Source: Tubulanus polymorphus (taxonomy: Eukaryota > Animalia > Nemertea). From it: 64,000 nucleotides of DNA. The DNA lies in assembly GCF_964204645.1 (NCBI RefSeq), contig NC_134033.1, forward strand, positions 578,131 through 642,130. The letters are read 5' to 3'. Under the pieces are notes generated by a model. The model had not been told where the DNA came from and did not search any database. It worked only from the letters and a program-made list of their open reading frames with translations. Numbering within the stretch: the stretch's first letter is position 1; the number at the start of each line of letters is the position of its first letter. Positions 61,401 through 64,000 of the stretch are shown here, piece after piece. A program made the position numbers and the translations under genes.

Positions 61401-64000
61401 GGTGGATTTTTAGGAAGTGTATATTAGGCTAAACAAAAATGATACCTTGTTTCTCCGCAGCGGCCGGGTCATTTTTGTACAATATGATAGAATTTATAAA
61501 CAGTTCATTTCTATAGCGGCTGGGTCTGTTATGGTAAAATTGATCACGATTTTAAAAAAAGTAATGTATAGGGTAGATAGGCGGCCGGCCGGGTCAACAT
61601 TTAAGCTCAGCAGAGCGGAGAAACAAGGTATCAATTTTTTTTTAGCCTTATACGTTTATCCTGGAACGGTATATTTTAGCACTGAGTTGAGTTGTGTATA
61701 TTTTTGTATAGGTCCCTCCACTGTTAGAAGTAACTCCTGGTCAGTTAAATACACCTGCTCAGCTGGTTAGTAAAAACACAAAACAAAAAATCAAATTTCC
61801 CTCCCGAATCTTCAAGGAAATTACTAATAATTCTCTTCCAGTAGTCCCCTATGATTTCATAATTGTCTTTGATTTCAAAACTCTTAATTTGGTATAAAAA
61901 TGGCTGTTTCTTCGATCAATATCCATCATGACCCTTTGACCTTGATGTTGATTTCCTTGAAGTAGCACTATCTCAAGCACTTTGGTAACAATATCAAAAT
62001 CTTATTCTCTTTCTCTATTTCAAAAAAAATTCTATTGCTGTGATATATCTGATGAATATCCTAGCTGGAGATATTGAATCAGTGATAATAAACACTAGTG
62101 CTTGATAATGTACTAAATGCCTGACCTACTGTTTGTGTTCATTTCAAGTTTCTCAATGTTTAGAATTTTGACTAAAGAAAACTCTAAATTTGATGTTTAC
62201 AAATCACCGAGACTCACCACAGAAATTACTAAACAATTGAATAATCTCACGTTAGTAATTAGGATAATTACTGAGTAATTTTATATTTTTAATTACAGTA
62301 ATTACCAAAACATCCAGTGATAGAATTTTCTATGTTTTATTTGATTGTTAATTATTTCCCTGATAAAGAAAGGAATTCAATGATTTGAATTTCTGTTTCA
62401 GTTGAATTGAACCTCTCTACTCTGGTACCCGGCTCAACCCAGTTGTGTTAACTTATCGCATTTATTTTCTATCAAAATTAGAATCTTTCAGATGTTTCTA
62501 TCTTAAGTAGTTTCTTAGATAAGATGACTCAATTTCAGCCGGGTTCACTCGGGTTCAGTTTTAGGCTCAAAACACTTTGACATTCATGAATTAAACATAC
62601 AAAATTTTACTCTCTTCTATAACCTTTGCCTCTGGGTGCATTAGGCTAAACAAAAATGATACCTTGTTTCTCCGCAGCGGCCGGGTCATTTTTGTAAAAT
62701 ATGATAAAATTAATGTATAGGGTAGATAGGCGGCCGGCCGGGTCAACATTTAAGCTCAGCAGAGCGGAGAAACAAGGTATCAATTTTTTTTAGCCTTATG
62801 TCAGCTCATATATATAGTGGTAAACAGGACTAATGAGCTAATTAAGGGGGTGTAGCCCTCGACTATGGGGGTTTCTATGTATAAAAAGTCTGGAGAGTTT
62901 TCTTACAATTTCAGGGTAAACACATGTATCAATTGATGGATTTATTCGCATTGCCCGAGATGACTTTACTTTCAAACGTAATCAATGTAAGTTTGAAAAT
63001 ACAACGAATAAGATTCGTTTTGATTTGGAAATCGGGCTCGACTTCTTTCTGAGTTGAAATTACTTGACTTTTGATAAGTCAATGCTGCGTAGATATCCAT
63101 TTTAAACTCATTACACATATATTTGTTTTTCAGTATTTCCATCTGAACAATATTCCTTACGATCCCGAATACGTTTTCTATGATGTAAAAGTAAGTGAAT
63201 CGCAACTTTCTAAATTTCGAATCGAATGATTACATTATTTCCTAATTGATGGTTATGTTATTTCAGAGCGCTGTACAGGGATTACACTCCACCGGTGCCC
63301 TGCATTCATGTGTCGTAAAAGATCTCGGTAAATTATAGTTTCTGAAGTAGTTTAAAGGAATCTTTAGAAAGATTTGATAAAATGATCAATTTTGTTGAAT
63401 GATTCTGGGAAAAATCTTGATCTTACAGACTAAGGGTGTCTAAGTTGGTTGTACACAGACTCTCTTAACCTTAAAGTTGATTGCCTTGGATTCTGGCGTA
63501 CCTAACAATACAATACAAATTATTTACCCTAATTCATCGTAACAATCACCCATCCTTGCCATAGCTACCCCAGAATTCTCGCGTACTTCAGAGTTCACTG
63601 GTTGTGCGAGATCAGAGGCAAACATCGAGTCAACTGGAGCAGCAAAAACCCATTTAAAAAAGAACAATATGAAATACTTTAACACTTTCTCTGCTCTGTT
63701 TGATGTGAGATTGTTTCCTCTATTGATAGATGAATACATGACAGACGGACGCGGTATACAATCAATGCTTAATCGTTTAAAAGACAACAATAAAAAACTG
63801 TTTCTCATCACGAACAGTCCGTTTTCATTCGTGTAAGTAGAATTAAACTCACTGGGCGCCTAGGAATAAAGTGCTTAAGTCAATTTTGTTCATCTGGGAT
63901 CGCTTTTTGGGGAATAATGCACAATTAATCGTGATGTAATTGCAGTGATCGAGGAATGCATCATATCGTCGGCCCTGATTGGACGGATTTGTTCGATGTA
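58438..64000 (+). CDS. 5'-nucleotidase domain-containing protein (NT5DC2/NT5DC3-like HAD hydrolase), 3' truncated by the window
   Basis: Exons 58438-58627, 59487-59662, 60260-60334, 60422-60477, 60557-60647, 62915-62986, 63134-63190, 63267-63327, 63730-63832 and 63946->64000, all in phase. HAD motif [30 protein letters not shown] and motif [13 protein letters not shown] are present. The Arg-rich N-terminus resembles a mitochondrial transit peptide. Confidence 0.93.
59030..59402. mobile_element. MITE family A with internal tandem expansion
   Basis: TIRs as at 31073-31201, with the internal aatctaacaacttaagac unit amplified about 6 times. Confidence 0.8.
61427..61647. mobile_element. Tourist/Harbinger-like MITE (family E)
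   Basis: TTA|ggctaaacaaaaatgataccttgtttctccgc ... gcggagaaacaaggtatcaattttttttagcc|TTA. Related copies lie at ~18160-18385 and ~43591-43814 (rev). Confidence 0.85.
62644..62795. mobile_element. Family E MITE, internally deleted copy
   Basis: Same TIRs and TTA TSD as 61427-61647, but lacks ~70 bp of the interior. Confidence 0.85.

Overview
AT-rich, intron-rich animal genomic DNA with GT-AG introns and compact genes. It looks like an invertebrate (lophotrochozoan-like), but the species cannot be determined from the sequence. Eight protein-coding genes were reconstructed by hand from splice signals and phase. In order: a secreted Gly/Tyr-rich structural protein (-), Wnt11 (+), a small secreted 10-Cys SVWC-like protein mostly missed by the ORF track (-), a TNIP1/ABIN-like UBAN coiled-coil protein with LIR-like motifs (-), a secreted single-VWD-domain protein (-), an M19 membrane dipeptidase (+), an APC-superfamily amino-acid permease (-) and an NT5DC2/3-like HAD nucleotidase (+, runs off the window). 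Introns and intergenic DNA carry many MITEs (PIF/Harbinger-like with CWG or TTA/TAA flanks, and one Tc1/mariner-like with TA TSD), tRNA-derived SINE-like heads and minisatellites. The most striking unexplained structure is a set of short non-coding fold-back insertions, several bounded by target-site duplications, that carry minimal type I hammerhead ribozyme motifs. They include a four-copy tandem array with a 69-nt period and a sub-family with a U3-A8 variant core, consistent with Penelope-like or retrozyme-type mobile RNAs.
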